Source: the human T2T-CHM13v2.0 reference genome, Homo sapiens. From it: a DNA stretch of 64,000 nt. The stretch's first letter is position 1. The number at the start of each line of letters is the position of its first letter. Below are positions 1 to 14,268 of this stretch, piece after piece. The translations under genes were made by a program, and so were the position numbers. The stretch is from the NCBI RefSeq assembly GCF_009914755.1, contig NC_060942.1. One strand, written 5' to 3'. Below the pieces are notes generated by a model that was not told the origin of the DNA, searched no databases, and saw only the letters and a list, made by a program, of their open reading frames with translations.

Positions 1-364
1 CAGGGGATGATCCATGAGTGGTCAGCAAAAAGAGAGAGACAGAGAGAGAGGTGGGGGGACTACCTGTAGAGCAGTTAACATGCATCAGCACCACAAGCAG
101 GAGGACCGCTGGGCAGAGAAACATGTATGCACATTCATGCACGTGTACATGTGAATAACTCCTCTCACACATGCTGGAGGAAACCCTCGCTGTCATCCAC
201 ACTCCCAGGAATGGCCACATTAGACATCTTCCCCCTAGTTCCTGAGAAGCAAACCCGGGAGAGCCCAGCCCTCAGCCTTGCTGCATGCGTGAGCATGGAG
301 TTTTGCACTCTGGCCAGTTTTGCCTCTAGTTCTTTGTTTCTGGAAAAAACAGGCACTAGGGTGA

Positions 365-488
365 ATTTCTTTTCTCTTTTCCTACCATCCCATCTTCCTT
401 CTTCCTTCTCTTTTGTCCTTCCTTCCTTCTTTCTTTCCTTCCTTCCTTCCTCTCTCTTTTCCCTCCTTCCTTCCCTCTCTTTCTTTCA
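365..488. repeat. Pyrimidine-rich low-complexity tract, (CCTT)n/(CT)n
   Basis: Almost pure C/T run with cttc/cctt units. Confidence 0.85.
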
Positions 489-1049
489 TGAAGAAAAGCT
501 CACAGAAAGGCAGAAGGAACCACAGTCTATTGACGTTTCTGACTCTTAGAGGCTCCAAACCGAAACTCAGCTGTGGTTGCTCTAAGTGGCTACAAAATTA
601 GAAAAATAATTTGCAGAAATGAAACCTGACTTGGGATGCCGTTTCACAAAATAGGCTAGATGGCCTTGATGTGTCATGAGGCTCCCACCACTGCGGCCTG
701 CACTGCTGGAGGAACTCCTCACATCTCAGGCTGGGGAGCATTTCCACCCCTGCAGTCAGGCATCCTACAGAAACCTGCCCCCTGCCTACCTGAAGACAGT
801 TCACAGTTTCCTCTGAAATGGGCGGAAGAGCTGGACCCAGCCACAAGACCATCAAGGAAAGCAAAAGGCTTTCAAAAGTGAGACTCCCCAGAGACCAAAC
901 CCAGGGGAAGGGATCTGGGGATTCTTAACAGACTCCCTGGGAGTCCAAACCAGGCTGTGAGCTTGGCTTTGCCATGAACTAGCTCTGACCTCCGTGCCTT
1001 TGGTAAACAGTATCAACAGCTGCCATTTACCAAATTTCTATGGGGTACC

Positions 1050-1205
1050 TTGCTTGGCTGCACCTGGGGAGATTTGGAAAATGCCAATGCCCAGGCTATG
1101 CCCCAAGCAAATTGTGTCACCATCTTATGGGTAGGACCCCCGCATCAACATTGTTTAAAGCTTCCCGAGTGAGCCCAACATGCAGCCACAGCTGAGAACC
1201 ACTGC
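1050..1205. mobile_element. MER5A-like hAT-Charlie MITE
   Basis: cacctgggga...cccagg...aagcttcccgagtga...tgcagccacagctgagaaccactg resembles MER5A. Confidence 0.65.
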
Positions 1206-1644
1206 CCCCACCCATTTGGCTGGAGACTTACGTAGGTTCATCCTCACAGCAACCCCGCCAGGGTTTATGAATAAGGAAGCTGAGGCTAGGAGAGTTTGAA
1301 TCACTCATCCGAGATCCTTGAGGTTCTCCCTCATCCCAAAGCCCATCATTCTTCCTCCTTTGCAGGGCTGGATATACCTGTACAGACCCCGCACAGCATC
1401 AGTGAGTGATCCAACCAGCCAGCTGAAGGAGCTCAGAGAGCACTGCAGGGAGACAGGGGAGGTGCCGGTGGAGCAGTCTGCCTGTTCCTGGCGTTTGGGA
1501 GGGGGTGCAAGCCTCAGGCCTGTTTTTCAGCCTCCCTCCCAAGTCACGATTGGTCCCTAGTCCTGGGGATCCAGGCTGTCTGGGTCAGTTTGAACCTGAG
1601 CCTCACTCAGCAGATGCTCTTAGTGTCTAAGCCCAGCGGTGGGC

Positions 1645-1855
1645 ACTGTCAAGAGCCTGGACTCAGGAGCCGCATTCCTGCCTAGGTTCAAATCCCAGCT
1701 CCACTACTTATAAGCTGTGTGCCTTTGCAAAGTGAGTGATCTTTCTGTATGTCAGTTTCTTCATCTGCATGATGGGGTGATGTTAGAGTTGTTAGGAGTA
1801 CTAAATGAGACAGTGCATATCAGGATTGAAAGCAGTTCCTGGAACATAGAAAACA
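1645..1855 (+). mobile_element. MIR SINE
   Basis: ggttcaaatcccagctccactacttataagctgtgtg...tcagtttcttcatctg matches the MIR core. Confidence 0.75.
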
Positions 1856-2555
1856 AGAAAATCCCAGGCACTGTAAGGATTACGACTGTGAACGTGCAGT
1901 TCATTGCTGAGCAGAAACTCGATGGAACATGGGCCTGAATCAGTCAAGGTGATAAGTTTAAGTCAATGTTTGCCCTTTGGCCTTGCCTGTTCTTAGCTAG
2001 ATCAGAACCCCTGGGGTATGGAGTCCACACCTGGAACTTCGAAGGGAAAGGAGGAACCTGTTTTCCCTCTTTGGCCTCACCCCAGCCCAGGGGTCCTTCC
2101 TCCTCTCCCACCATGGTCATTACCACCCTTCCCCCCACCCACCCCCAGTCAAATACTGACTCTGGAAGCACCTTCTGCATGGGGCAGGGGGTGGCCTGGA
2201 TGACCTCTGGAGCTCCTCACCCCACCATGGCAGTAAATCTCCCTTCCCCTACCCCACCACTCAGCCTGTGCCCTGCTGGAGCCCACAGCCCATCCATATG
2301 GTTCATCAGCAGCCTGGGAGGGGCCCTGTGGCTGGGAGTTTGTTTGAAGCCTCCAGACCATTGAGGCAGGGGCGGAGCTGTGGTCAGGACAACAGCAGTG
2401 CCTTTCACTGGCTCTCTGGGAGCAGCTGTGTGGGGGGCACCGGCCCAGAAGGATGACCGACATCCACCCGCAGTCCTTACTATTTGCGAGGGATAGGGCA
2501 AAGGAGGGGCCCAGCCCAGGATGGCTGTGACCACATTGGTTCACATGTTAAGTAT

Positions 2556-2720
2556 GAAAGGAAAAGAAAGAAGGGAAGGGGAGGCGGGGAAAGGGAAGGA
2601 AGAAAGAAAGACAGAAAGAGAGGGAGGGAAATAGGGAGAAAGGAAGGAAGGAGGGCAGGAGGAAGGGAGAGAAGGAGGAAGGGATGGAGAGAGGAGACTC
2701 ACATCTCAGAAGAGAAAAAG
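2556..2720. repeat. Purine-rich low-complexity tract, (GGAA/GA)n
   Basis: About 150 bp almost entirely A/G. Confidence 0.85.
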
Positions 2721-4519
2721 CACCAGGAGCTTTCCTTAGTCAATCATCTGCCTGCAGGTTGCTTTACACTCAGGGCTGTGCAGCCCAACTCTAGGCCTCA
2801 GCCGCCTCCATTCTGAGGGCCTTGGATACAATTGCCCCCAAACCAGGCATTCCAACCAGGGACCGTGACGGGCCCCAGCTCCAGGCCTCCTGGGTATCCT
2901 CTCATGGTTGAGTCTGCCCCCTCCTGAGAAGGAAGAAGAGGCAGGGTGTGTGTCAGCCTCATCACGCATTCCATCTCCCAGACGGCTGCCTCTGTCTGCC
3001 TGTGCAGTCTGCTTCTCTTCCAAAGGGTGGTTTGCAGTGCAGATTCATGGCTCCCAGCTAGAAACAGTATTCCCTCTGCCCCTGTGCCAACTCCTGCCCA
3101 ATTCTTCTGCTCCTCACCCAGTTCCCCAGCACCCTGAGGGGACTGGCCACACAGAAAGGCATGAGAAAGTCTGCTGGCTGTGTCCACAGTGCCAAGGGTT
3201 GGAGGTCTGGCAGTCCTCTGCGTTTGGTGTCTGTCCTGATTGTCTCTCCTGGGGGTGACATGGGCAGGATCTCAGCGGGAGGTGAGGCTGGGGCCAGGCA
3301 CTTCTTCTCCCTGTAAAACACTGCTCAGGGAGAGCAGCTTTGCTGACCTTGAGCTGGGACCCCCCCTTTCAGAGTCTCCCAGTGATAATCCCCATGGGGA
3401 CAATTGGATGGCCGACCCTCTCTAGCCTTTAGGCTGGGGGGAGAAGAAACCTGAATTTGGGGTTTTTGTCTCTTTCCCAGAAGAGGGGTAGGAAAGAATC
3501 AGTAACAGCAATAGCCTGAGCTGGAAACATGCTCAGGGGCCAGTGCGTCCCAGCTTTGAGTATAGAGCTTCATTCTGAGCACTTCCCACATAAAACACAA
3601 TTGGGGTGCCCCAAGGAGGGGCAGACACCAACATTTCAGGCCAGAATTCCAGACACTTGACTCCTAGGAGAGCTTTGGGTAAGCTGTCTCTTCCTCCCTA
3701 GCCTTGGTTTCCTCACCTGTAAATAAGTGGCCTGAAGCCACTGAGGGCCTTTTAGTGCCAGCAGTGAATCCTGTGACTGTGTTCCTCCTATCTCCCTGTA
3801 TCCCAGGGCCACACCTGGAGCATTTTTCCCCTGCCTGGCCACATACCTGCCCCCGGAGGCCTTGTTACTAAGAAGGGCTCATGGAGCTGGAGGAGGTCAG
3901 GGGAGCAGTGGGAACAGCCAGAGGCACAGTGGCAGCCTTTGAAGATAAGATTCCTAAGTCTGGGAAATACAGAGGTGTGGCTGTAATAGGAACAGGACAC
4001 AGACCCTCTCACCATCACAGGGAAACTCAAGGGTCTCCCTTGGGGAGGTCACTACAGAAAAAATGAGAAGAAGCACTTGTACTTCTGTACAGGGTGGGTG
4101 TGAACTCATCACCGGCCCAGAGGTGTAGGTAGGCCAACAGTGGACACGGATGCTAGAAAGGTACTATGACATCAGAGTGAGCATGACTGAGTCTGGTTAA
4201 CGATGGCCAAAACTGTCCCATTCCCACCATCCAATAGCACACCTCTTAGGCCTGGGAGACCCTGGGCAGACTCAGGAGGACGTGTGCTGTGCTGAGCCTG
4301 AAGAAGGTGGCAAAGAGCAGGTGTGTGCAGGTAGGTCCCTCAGCACCCATGGGACATGTTCCTGGACTGCAAGCCTCATCTTCCTTTAGTACAGTCACTC
4401 TAGGCCTCTGAACCATTGCTTCCTTGGCAGGAAGTACCAAATCACAGAGAAGCCTCAAATCATTTTCTTCGGGTTTAGGGAAAGTCACTGATTTTCATTT
4501 TCCTATAACATGATGACAA

Positions 4520-4725
4520 TAAGGGCTGGGTTCACATCCCAGCTTTGTCACAGACTAGTTGTGTAACCTTGAATGGGTTTCTTACTCTCTCCAAGCCTCA
4601 GTTTCCTCACTGGTAAGATGAGGATGGTAATAATGATTGGGTTGGATTGCTGGGGATTAAATGAGATAATGTAGTAAAGGGCATAATACAACCCTGGCCC
4701 TCAATAAGTGCTCATAATGTTGGCT
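4520..4725 (+). mobile_element. MIR SINE
   Basis: gggttcacatcccagct...gcctcagtttcctcac...ggattaaatgagataat...aataagtgctc. Confidence 0.75.
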
Positions 4726-4859
4726 ATGGTTCAATTGGACTTTGCTTGGGATAATAGTGAAAGGAATTTTAATTTCAGTTTGATTCATCAGGTGTGCACT
4801 AATATTATAGGTCTAGCCCTGTCTGAAACTCTAGGGAGATACAGTCAAGTGTAGATCAG

Positions 4860-5070
4860 TGACATACCATATTCATGGACTAGAATACTCAGTATTGGTA
4901 TGATGTCACTTCTTCCTAAATTGGTCTCTAGAGTCAACAGTCTCAAATCAAGATGCCATTAAGCCTTTTGGGCAGAAATTGGCAAGCTGATTCTAAAATA
5001 TATATGGAAACTCAAACCTACAATATCCAAAGGAATCTTGAAAAAAGAACAAAATTAGAAGTATAAATTA
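4860..5070 (+). mobile_element. Ancient L1 (L1M) ORF2 fragment
   Basis: ccatattcatggactagaatactcagtattg...agaaattggcaagctgattctaaaatatatatggaaa matches L1 ORF2. Confidence 0.7.
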
Positions 5071-5149
5071 AGGGCTTTGTTTTTTTGCTCTCAGGAACCT
5101 TAAGACTAGTGGGGAAGACTAATAAGAGACCCCATGCTGCTTCCTAGGA

Positions 5150-5370
5150 ATGTAGGGTACTGGTGAAGAGTATAGATGCTAGAGCCTGGCCCCTGGCTTT
5201 GAATGCTGGCTTTGCCACCTGCTACCTCATGACCTTGGGCAGGGTACTTTTCCCCTCTCTATGTCCTAGGTGTCTCATCTATAAAATGGGATGATCACAG
5301 CTTCATTGCCATGGGGCCATTGTGAAGATGAAAGGAGCTAACCCATGTTAGCCTAAGGCTGCCTACTAGG
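5150..5370 (+). mobile_element. MIR SINE
   Basis: tttgaatgctggctttgccacctgctacctcatgaccttgggc...ctcatctataaaatggga. Confidence 0.7.
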
Positions 5371-7189
5371 TGTTGGGGAAGGGATGGAAGTAGAATGAGG
5401 ACAGAGGTTCCGCCCCCAGTACCGTATGTCCTTTGGAGAAGGAAAGCCTAGAAGCTGAACCACCTTTCCAAAAAGGGAAATTCTGGAATAAGGATCTCAG
5501 GCTCTGTGAGTACAGCCACCTCCTTTTCTAAGACCCAGACTGGGGAAATAGCTCATCCAGGGTCACTTGGCTGAAGGTTAAATACAGAGGAAGTGTCCAA
5601 CAGGCAGGGAGTGTGAGCAAAGGTCCATGGCAAGGAGTTACAGCGGTGCTTCTTGGGCCATGGGAGAAGGCTGTTTCTGGAGTGCCGAGTTCGAGGGGGC
5701 ATGGGGCTAAGGGACAGCCAGCAGGCATGAGTCACCAAGGGGCAGGCTGCCAAATCCAACAGGACGCCCCATGGAGCCCTTTGGCCTGGGCCCAGCTCAG
5801 CAGCCCCCTCCCCATCCCCCGGACACACGTACCCCACCAGGCCTGGAGACATTTCCTGAAAGACTAAGAAAGCACTGGGAGCTGGACGGGCGGCCTCAAC
5901 GGCCAGAGGCTTGAGGCCAGGTCTCTCATGGAGGAGCAGACGAAGGGAGGACGTGACCGGCAGCCTTCATTCTCACAGGCCAGGGATTTCAGAGGAACGC
6001 GGCCAAGTCTAGCTCTGAAGTTCCCACTTCAGACCCCGCCCGGCTGAAGCCACGGGCGCCTGCAGTCGCCACCCTGGAAATCAGAGAGGCACGTCATAGG
6101 CCACCTCGTGCTGGGGAACACGTCCTCCTGGGGCCTCTGTCAGCTGGCTCACCTGCTGGGGTTCCCGGATAGCCCTTCTCCTTCTGCTGGGCCATGGACC
6201 CTCCTCTAGCCAGCTTCCCCCAATCCCTGCTCTCCCTCAGCCCCCAAACCTGTCCACCTTCTCACTCCATCTTCTCAGGAGAGTCCTGGCACCCAGAACA
6301 GACCTCCTAGGAATGTCATGTCTCTGTCTTTGAGGTCATGAGCAGACCTGGGGCAGGAAGGGGAGGCCCTGTACAAGCCCTACACTGTGGCTCAGGCCCA
6401 GAGAGGGGTTGACACCAGGCCAAAGGAGGGACACATGTCCACAGATAGCTCCCAGGCCTCCTGCATGCTGGCTGGTCAGACCATGAGAGCCACACTGGAC
6501 AGGTGAGGAAACTGAGGCCCAAGAGGAAATGTGATTTGCCCAAGGCCCTATAGCAAGATAGAGGCAGAGCAGAATGGAAGACCTAAGGCTCCCAAGCCCT
6601 GAGCCCCAAGCTCTTTTAAGTCATTTTCATGGTTTCACTTCATTTTCTTTTTTCATTTCCTTCCTTCTTTAAGAGAAAGGCAGGCTCTGGATAGACAGGC
6701 AGGGACACAGGCAGGGCTACCAGAAACTCAGAGGAAAGAAGAGAGTGGCCCAGGGTTGGGCAGCCTCTACCCCCAGCCCCCAAGCTGAGTGGAAGCCCCT
6801 CCCTCCCACCCAGCCTCAGCCTGGCCCTGGGGGCTCCCCTTAGTGGGAGCTACCAGTTTGTGGACACAGGAATGTGCCTGTGGCTTGCCCAGAGACCCTG
6901 AGGGCCAGCACCTCAATCACAGCATCTCCTTGCCCCAAGCAGCCTGCCCCGTCTCAACCGTAGCTTTTATCACCTTCCTCCATGCCTCTCTAGTGAGTGT
7001 CTTCCCTGAGTCAGCAGAACCTGTTCATAGTCATCCCTTCTCCCAGATTAATCTCTCTCTCTCTGTAGCCTTCCCTGATCACCCAGGCTGCTGGAGTCTA
7101 TCTGTGCCCTCACTGGGCACTCAGCTTTTGCCACCTGGTGTTCTTAGTGTCATCTCTTGGGTCTGTTCCTGTCTCTCTAACCAAACTTT

Positions 7190-8300
7190 AGGCAACTTTG
7201 TTCATTCAACACTCCATGAATTCAAGGCCTACCACGTGCCAGGCCCTGGGCTATGGTGGGATTCAGCAGCAAACAGACAGACTCAGCAACCTGCCCTCAT
7301 GGAGCTTACATTCTAGCGAGGAGGGGATGATAAGCATCAAAGCAACAGATCTGCAAATAAGTAAATTTCCAAAAGGCTGTGGAGAAGGAAGCAGGGCATG
7401 TTGGGGGACAATTTTAAATAGGGTGATTGGAAAAGAGCTCACCCAGGTGACCCTTGGATAGGCTTGAAGGAGTGAGCCGTGCAGACCTGGGGAGCATCCT
7501 GGTCAAAGAGAAAGAGCAGTGAAAGGCCCAGAGGCAGGAGTGTGCCTGCCCCATGGGAGAACTGCAAGAAGTCCAGGTCAGGGGGGTGGGTGGGAGCCAT
7601 GGGAAGGCATCAGGTCAGCGGGATGCTGGGATCTATAGGCTCACAAGGACGAGATTAGCTCTGAGAGGGGTGGGATGCATCAGAGGGTTTCCAGCAGGGA
7701 AGGCAAGGTCTGACCTGAGTTTTAATAGCGTCACTCAGGCTGCTGGGTTGAGAGGAGTCTGAAAGGGTGGAGTAGATGCAGGGATACCAGCCTGGAGCCT
7801 TTAGGGGGACAATGAGCATAAAAGCAATGGATCCACAAATCTGTTGAGTAAATGTGGGAGAGTAAATAAGGGAGAGTCTAAGTAAGGGGTGGTGGTGAAG
7901 TGATTAGGGTGAAGGGACAGGTCAGAGTCTGGGTCTACTTTCAAGGAAGAGCTGAGAGGATCCTCTGAAGGACTGGACGTAGGTGCAAAAGAATGTTGGG
8001 GTCAAGGATAACCTAAGATCTGGGGCCTGGACAACTGGAAGAGGGGCTTACCACTAACTGAGGTGGGGAAGATGCTTCAGGAGGGTGGACCAGGAGCTCA
8101 CTATTGGACATGTCATGTTGGAATTGTGCAATAGGAAGTGGCCAGGTTGAGTGGACAGTTGGAGCCCGGCATTCAGAGGGGTGATCTGGATAGAAATAAG
8201 CCTCAGGGAGCTAATTTCTATCCAGGTGGTATTTAGGTGGTGCTATTAGGTGGTATTTAAAACCATGAGACAGGATGCCATCTCCAGAGGATGAGGATCT
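7190..8300 (-). mobile_element. L2 LINE, 3' portion
   Basis: ttcattcaac...gcctaccacgtgccaggccctgg...cctgccctcatggagcttacattctag is the antisense L2 3' end, followed by L2-like purine-rich body. Confidence 0.75.
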
Positions 8301-11232
8301 ATGGTACAAAGGCCACTTGGTGTAGAGCAGAAGCTGTGTCTCCAGTTGTCTAGAGTTATGAATGGGTGGCTGATGACGGGGCTCTGACTCCACCGCTGTC
8401 ACAACAGGCCAACTGCAGGAGAGAGGCTTCAGCCTCTGCCCCCTCCCTGGGATCCCCTTGCAGGCTAGCACAAGGGAGGGCTCAGGAGAGACAAGTAATT
8501 ATCCTTATAAATCAGGAGGCTCCTGCCAGGGAGAAGCAGGGAGGGGCAGGCTGCAACCCCACCCCCTCTAAGTCTCTTGACATTTCCTGGGAAAATGGTG
8601 TCATTTTATCATTTTATTCCTTGGTAAGGCTTAAATTTCAGCTTTGGGAAACTGACAGAGAGGATAGGATAGGTGCCTGGGGGCCAGCTTTGCTCCCTGT
8701 GGCTTTATATAACTCAGGCCTTTCCCCACAGCCATTTACAACTCTGGCTTCTGTAATGTGGTGCCAGCAGGATTAAGTTTTTAGCGCCCACTATATTTTG
8801 TGCTCTGTATTTCTGACAAAATGTTTCCTCCCTCATGATGATAGCTCAGTAAACAGAATCCCTTGGCGCAAGTGACATGCTGGGTGGCCACAGGCTCCAG
8901 GGGGCTTCTTGTGTGCCCCCTTCTCCTCCTCTCTTTTCTTAACAATTAGCCCAGCTCAAGTTTATCTTCATTTATTGACTTTTCCCTAAAATTGCTCCCA
9001 AATACTTCTTTGAGGCTGCCATACCAATGCCCAAGCAGGAAAATAGATGAGTTCAAAATGGCAGCCCACCCCAGTTTTATCCGACTTGAGTGCCATTTCC
9101 CCAGGAAAGTGGGAAGGTTTTGGGGGAAAAGCCTGATTTCCAGGCAGCCAATACACAGACCACAGGACTGTATCACATAGCCCAGCCTTGCAGATGAGAT
9201 CCTGAGTCTCCCAGCCACCCATGCCCGCACAGTGCTGGCAGTGGGATACTAAAAATTAAGCACCTGTTACCTTCGCTTCTGCTCTACAGATTTCATCCCC
9301 ATCCCCATCTCCCCAGGGGAGGCGAGGTAATCTGTACCACCTTGGGATCCTTTGGGTTTTCTGACTAGTAGCCCAAAGGGTGGCTCTCAGCCCCCCAAAG
9401 CAATGCCCCAGGGCCATTCTACCTCACTTTCCCCATTCTAGCCCCCAGCTTGGTTCCTGCTCTCTGCCCATTCCTCCTAGAGATATGCAGTCAATACCAC
9501 TCACATCTTTTGCTGCTCCTTTGACAGATGTATTCCTCCCAGCTCAGTTCCAAGCTGAAGGCATGGGTGAGCCTTTGAACAGTGTTAAGTCACATTAGGC
9601 ACAGAATCAGTGAGGGTTCGGCACAGCAGTGCTGGAAAGACAGGGTCGGGGAAAGCCAGATCTAAGGGCCATCTGCAACTCGAGAGCTAAGGGCCTCAGC
9701 TAAACTCCCAAACAGCAAACCTGGCCTCCCCAGGGTGGGCGAAGGGTCTTGGGGCCGGGGGAGGGGTTGCTGGGCTACGGCTGGTTCTCCCACAGATGGG
9801 GTGGCTCTGGCTGAGTAGTGGGGATTGACATTTCAGTAGCCAACTGCCTGAGGTGGGGGGTTGAAGGGAAACTTGGAATCAGAGGGAAGTTTGGGAACAT
9901 TCTTCCCAGAATAGCTTTAAAAATAGGACAGCTTTACAAACCACCCAGGATGATTGAAGGCAGGTGGGATCGAAGCAGATGCCCTCTGGAGATGCCCTCT
10001 GGAGATGCTTGTCAGACTGGAACATGTGGGAACTCTGGAGGTTTTCCTGATTGTTCAGCAGATTTCAGAAGGCAGCCTCGGATCTTCCTTCCCCCAGGCC
10101 CTTTGTGTGTATTGCATTCGAGTCAGCACCTGGCAGAGAGGAGGCCCACAAGCATCTGTGGAGGGAGGGATGTGTGTGTGGATGCATGGGTGATCGGTAG
10201 GGGGTTGCATGGATAGATGGGTCAGGGTGGGTGAGTAGATGGATAGATGGATGACTATAGACTCCACATTAGCTGGCGAGAGTCCTGTGTGAGGATTCAT
10301 GCAGAACATGGCAATCCTAAGTGGTTAGTTTTGCCGTAGCTTCCTGTTAAATAGATGTCACCTTCACCTTAGGAAGAAGCTATATTTTGGAAGCAGGTGG
10401 CATTACTCCTGGCTTTTTTTGATCCTTGGCTGGCAAGCTTACCTTTTACTTGAAGGATACTGTGTCAAACCATGGACTTAGTTGCCAGAGAGAGGCTCAT
10501 CAGAGCATGGAGGCTGTCATTTCAAGAGCCCCCATAACTGCCATTCTCCTCTCGCTCCCTAGACCCCTTCAGAGTGCCCTACACCCTGCAGGTGGGCCTT
10601 AGCCTCTCCCCCAACCTGATTTCTCCAAGGTCACAATTTCTTGGGATTCTGATAATGCAGTTTTTGAAAAATGGGCCATCTCATGGGCTACCACAGATGC
10701 AAGCCTGTACTTCACCTTCTCATCTAACCAGGAGTATTTTAAGGGAGTCCCAGATAAAAGGAAGCCTGCAGTGAGCTCTTCCATTTAATGAAGATGCCCA
10801 TTGGGGAAAAAAGTCACTTCTTAGTTTTATCTTATTCGGGTTTCTTCAAATGGCTTGCAAAGAGGCACCTGCATCCCCAGGCTCTTTCAGATGGGTAGTC
10901 CTATTTTCCCAGGAGCTCTTTAACCTGGAAAATAGAACTAGTCCTCCTTCCTCTGGTTCCCCAGAATCAAGTTCAACACTTGGGTATACTTTCTCTGTTG
11001 TCATCAGCCTGATTACTAAGAATTCTGTGTTGGGAAGAATTTCAGACTATTAGGGGAGGCCATCTCTCTTGAGGGAGGGTTTAGTGTAAGAATTTAATGT
11101 TTATAGAAAACGGCTTTTTTTCCCCCAACACAAGTCTTTGCCATCCACACCCTGGGAAAGCCGAGCCACCTGGCACCCACAGCTCTCAGCCAGGTACCAT
11201 CTTTCCTGTGCTGGAAGTCACTGGAACTATAG

Positions 11233-11756
<524 letters not shown>

Positions 11757-12481
11757 TGAATGCCCAGTTTTGAAGTTGGCTAACATGTCCATCATTCTGC
11801 ATGTTTATGGATCAGTGAGGGCCTGTGTGCCGACAAAGGGAGCAAGCTGGAGATGGTGAGAACAGAAAGTAGCTTATCAACATGGACATGATGACAAGGA
11901 AGTGGCCATCCGAACCTCTGCCATCCCATCACACCTGCCCCCACACTCAACCCCACAGCCACCCAAGGGCAGAAGGACTTAGAACAGGCAAAGCCAGCCC
12001 ACAGCTGCCCAGGGGAGAAGGACTTAGAATGCTCTTGCCTCTTTTACATGCTCACAGCTTCTGGAATATTTGTAAGTGCACTCCTACTGAAATCGCGTGG
12101 GTAGCTGATCTGAGGGACTTGTGTGACGAGAATTGTTTCCCCTATCCACACTGCTTAGTGAGTCTGGGCTGGAGATCTACAGTTTCCTTAAGACCATCCT
12201 TTATAGAGCTCAGGTCTTTTTTCTGACAGCTGGAATCACAGGTGCCCACCCCAGAGCAAAAAGGCCATGTCAGCCATCTGCAGCACTGGCCTCCCTCTGC
12301 CCAGGTCTCCAATGTACTTGTCAGAGTCCCCTGTGGACTCCAAGGCCTCCTGTGATCAGCCACCCGGTAGATGATTTCCCAGAGCACTACCCTATAGGGA
12401 ATATCTAAACTATCCCTAATTTTTCTCCCTTCAAATCCAACTTGTCTCAGTCCTGTTTTTCTCATAAAAGGGCAACTTTCT

Positions 12482-12773
12482 GGCTGGGCACGATGGCTCA
12501 CACCTGTGATCCTAACACTTTGGGAGGCCGAGGTGGGCAGATCACTTGAGGCCAGGAGTTCAAGACCAGCCTGGCCAACATGGTGAAACCCTGTCTCTAC
12601 TAAAAATACAAAAATTAGCTGGGGGTGGTGGTGCGTGCCTGTAATGCCAGCTCCTTGGGAGGCTGAGGCACGAGAATCACTTGAACCCAGTGGGCGGAGG
12701 TTGCAGTGAGCCAAGATCGCACCACTGCATTCCAGCCTGGGTGATAGAGCAAGACTCCATCCAAAAAAGAAAA
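12482..12773 (+). mobile_element. AluS (Sz/Sx-like), full length
   Basis: ggctgggcacgatggctcacacctgt...gcaagactccatccaaaaaa; degenerate TSD gggcaa(c/g)tttct. Confidence 0.95.
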
Positions 12774-14054
12774 GGTGGGGGGGGGCAAGTTTCTGAGTTC
12801 TGATCCCTTGAACTGTGCTGGCATGAATTGTAGCTGATATTTTACCTTGTGAGTTGACTGGGGATTTGCTGGGGAGACAGAGCCTTATCCTGATGGTGCG
12901 GTGTTAATGGGCTGACCTCAGGCACTGTGGTATTCTGGGGTGGGGGGATGCTCTGAGGCAGAAAGTGCCCTTCCACGTGTTCCTCAGATTCATCCAATGA
13001 GGCCTGCACTTTTAGTCCTCCCTGGGTTTCTCTCCTGTAAAACAGGAATCAGGCAGTTAGATCTCATAGTACCTGTGTGAGGTAACAGGGAGCATCTTAC
13101 TAACCTATTCTCCAGATGCAGCTCAGCAAGGCCGAGTGACAAGGCCGAGTGACTTGCCCAAGCTCTGCTGGTACTCTGCACTCTCCTTGGATGTTTGCCC
13201 AGGAAGCAGAGCCCTCGGTGGTGGGCAAAGCCAGTAGCAGGTGGAGAGAGACCCTGCCAGGCCTCTCTGCTCCTCTGACCACAGTCAGAGTGTCTCTTAT
13301 CACCTGGGTAGCACTTTCTCTGCCCGCGGCAGAGCCAGCGCCACCAGGGGCAAGCAGACGGGTGAGGAGGTGCCAGACAGGATTGATAGTTCCAGCCTCC
13401 TGTCCTTTCCTTCTGCAGACCTGTGAGGGAGCTGGTGTTATTTTTATCTGGGGACACTGGCGTGGGAGGTATTTGTTAACGTCATCTGGTAAACGCAGTT
13501 GAATTATCTGTTGTCCAAGGAACCCTCAAATAAGTAGTGTTAAGCATGCTAAGCCGCTCACATTTAAAGATACAGTTAGACTCCTGGGAGAGAATTTGCT
13601 TATGCTGCTGCCATCACAACTGAAGCCCAGAGCTGTCAGTTCCAGAGCCCGGGCTTTATTTAACCCTCTTCGGTTTGGGGTTCATCACACATAAGGGCTC
13701 GTGCTTTTTTGAAAACCATGCTTCCCTATCTGTTCTCTACAAGTGGGAAAGTGCTTGCAGTCTGTGGGTTCAGTGCAGGGACAGGTTGTCTGCACTTGCT
13801 ACTGAGTGTGTGTTAAGTTAGCACAGTACTGAGTTCCGAGTCCCATGAAGTAACTGTGTGGCATACCGGTGTGTGTCCTGTGCAGCCTGCAGCTTTCTAA
13901 AGGCAGTTTCGGGGTGCACCCCCACCTGCAGGCCTTACATTATAGCCCCCTCTCTTAATGCGCTCCCCAGTATTTCTCAAGTGCCTCTGGATCTTGCTGT
14001 GTCCTGAGAAGTTGTCCCATGGGTGGGAGCAGTGGGCACCATTGTCACTCTCAG

Positions 14055-14268
14055 CAGTGGTTCTCAACCAGGAGTGATTTTGCCTCCAGCAGACACTTGG
14101 CAACGTCTGGAGATATTTTATCTGGAGCTTTCACAACTGGGGGTGAGGATAGGGGCTTCTAGTGGCATTGAGTGGGCAGATGCCTACGGTGCACAGGACA
14201 GCACCCCCCAAGAACCAATGAGCCGACCGAAAATGTCAGTAGTGCCAAGAATGAGGCAAGGCTGCTCT
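14055..14268. mobile_element. MER20 DNA transposon (hAT-Charlie)
   Basis: cagtggttctcaaccaggagtgattttgcc...ttggcaacgtctggagatattt...gcacaggacagcacccc...aaaatgtcagtagtgccaag. Confidence 0.8.

Noticed and set aside
7007-7016. MARE/ARE-like TGAGTCAGCA and scattered AP-1 heptamers
   Set aside because: Short motifs at about chance frequency, with no supporting context.
12142-12714. 190-aa ORF and similar ORFs at 11471, 27184, 32766, 39962, 45599 and 47506
   Set aside because: Typical antisense-Alu translations ([20 protein letters not shown]).
13338-13356. CTCF-like ccaccaggggca and other partial matches (about 18860, 56705, 60180)
   Set aside because: Each misses key consensus positions; cannot be supported without ChIP data.
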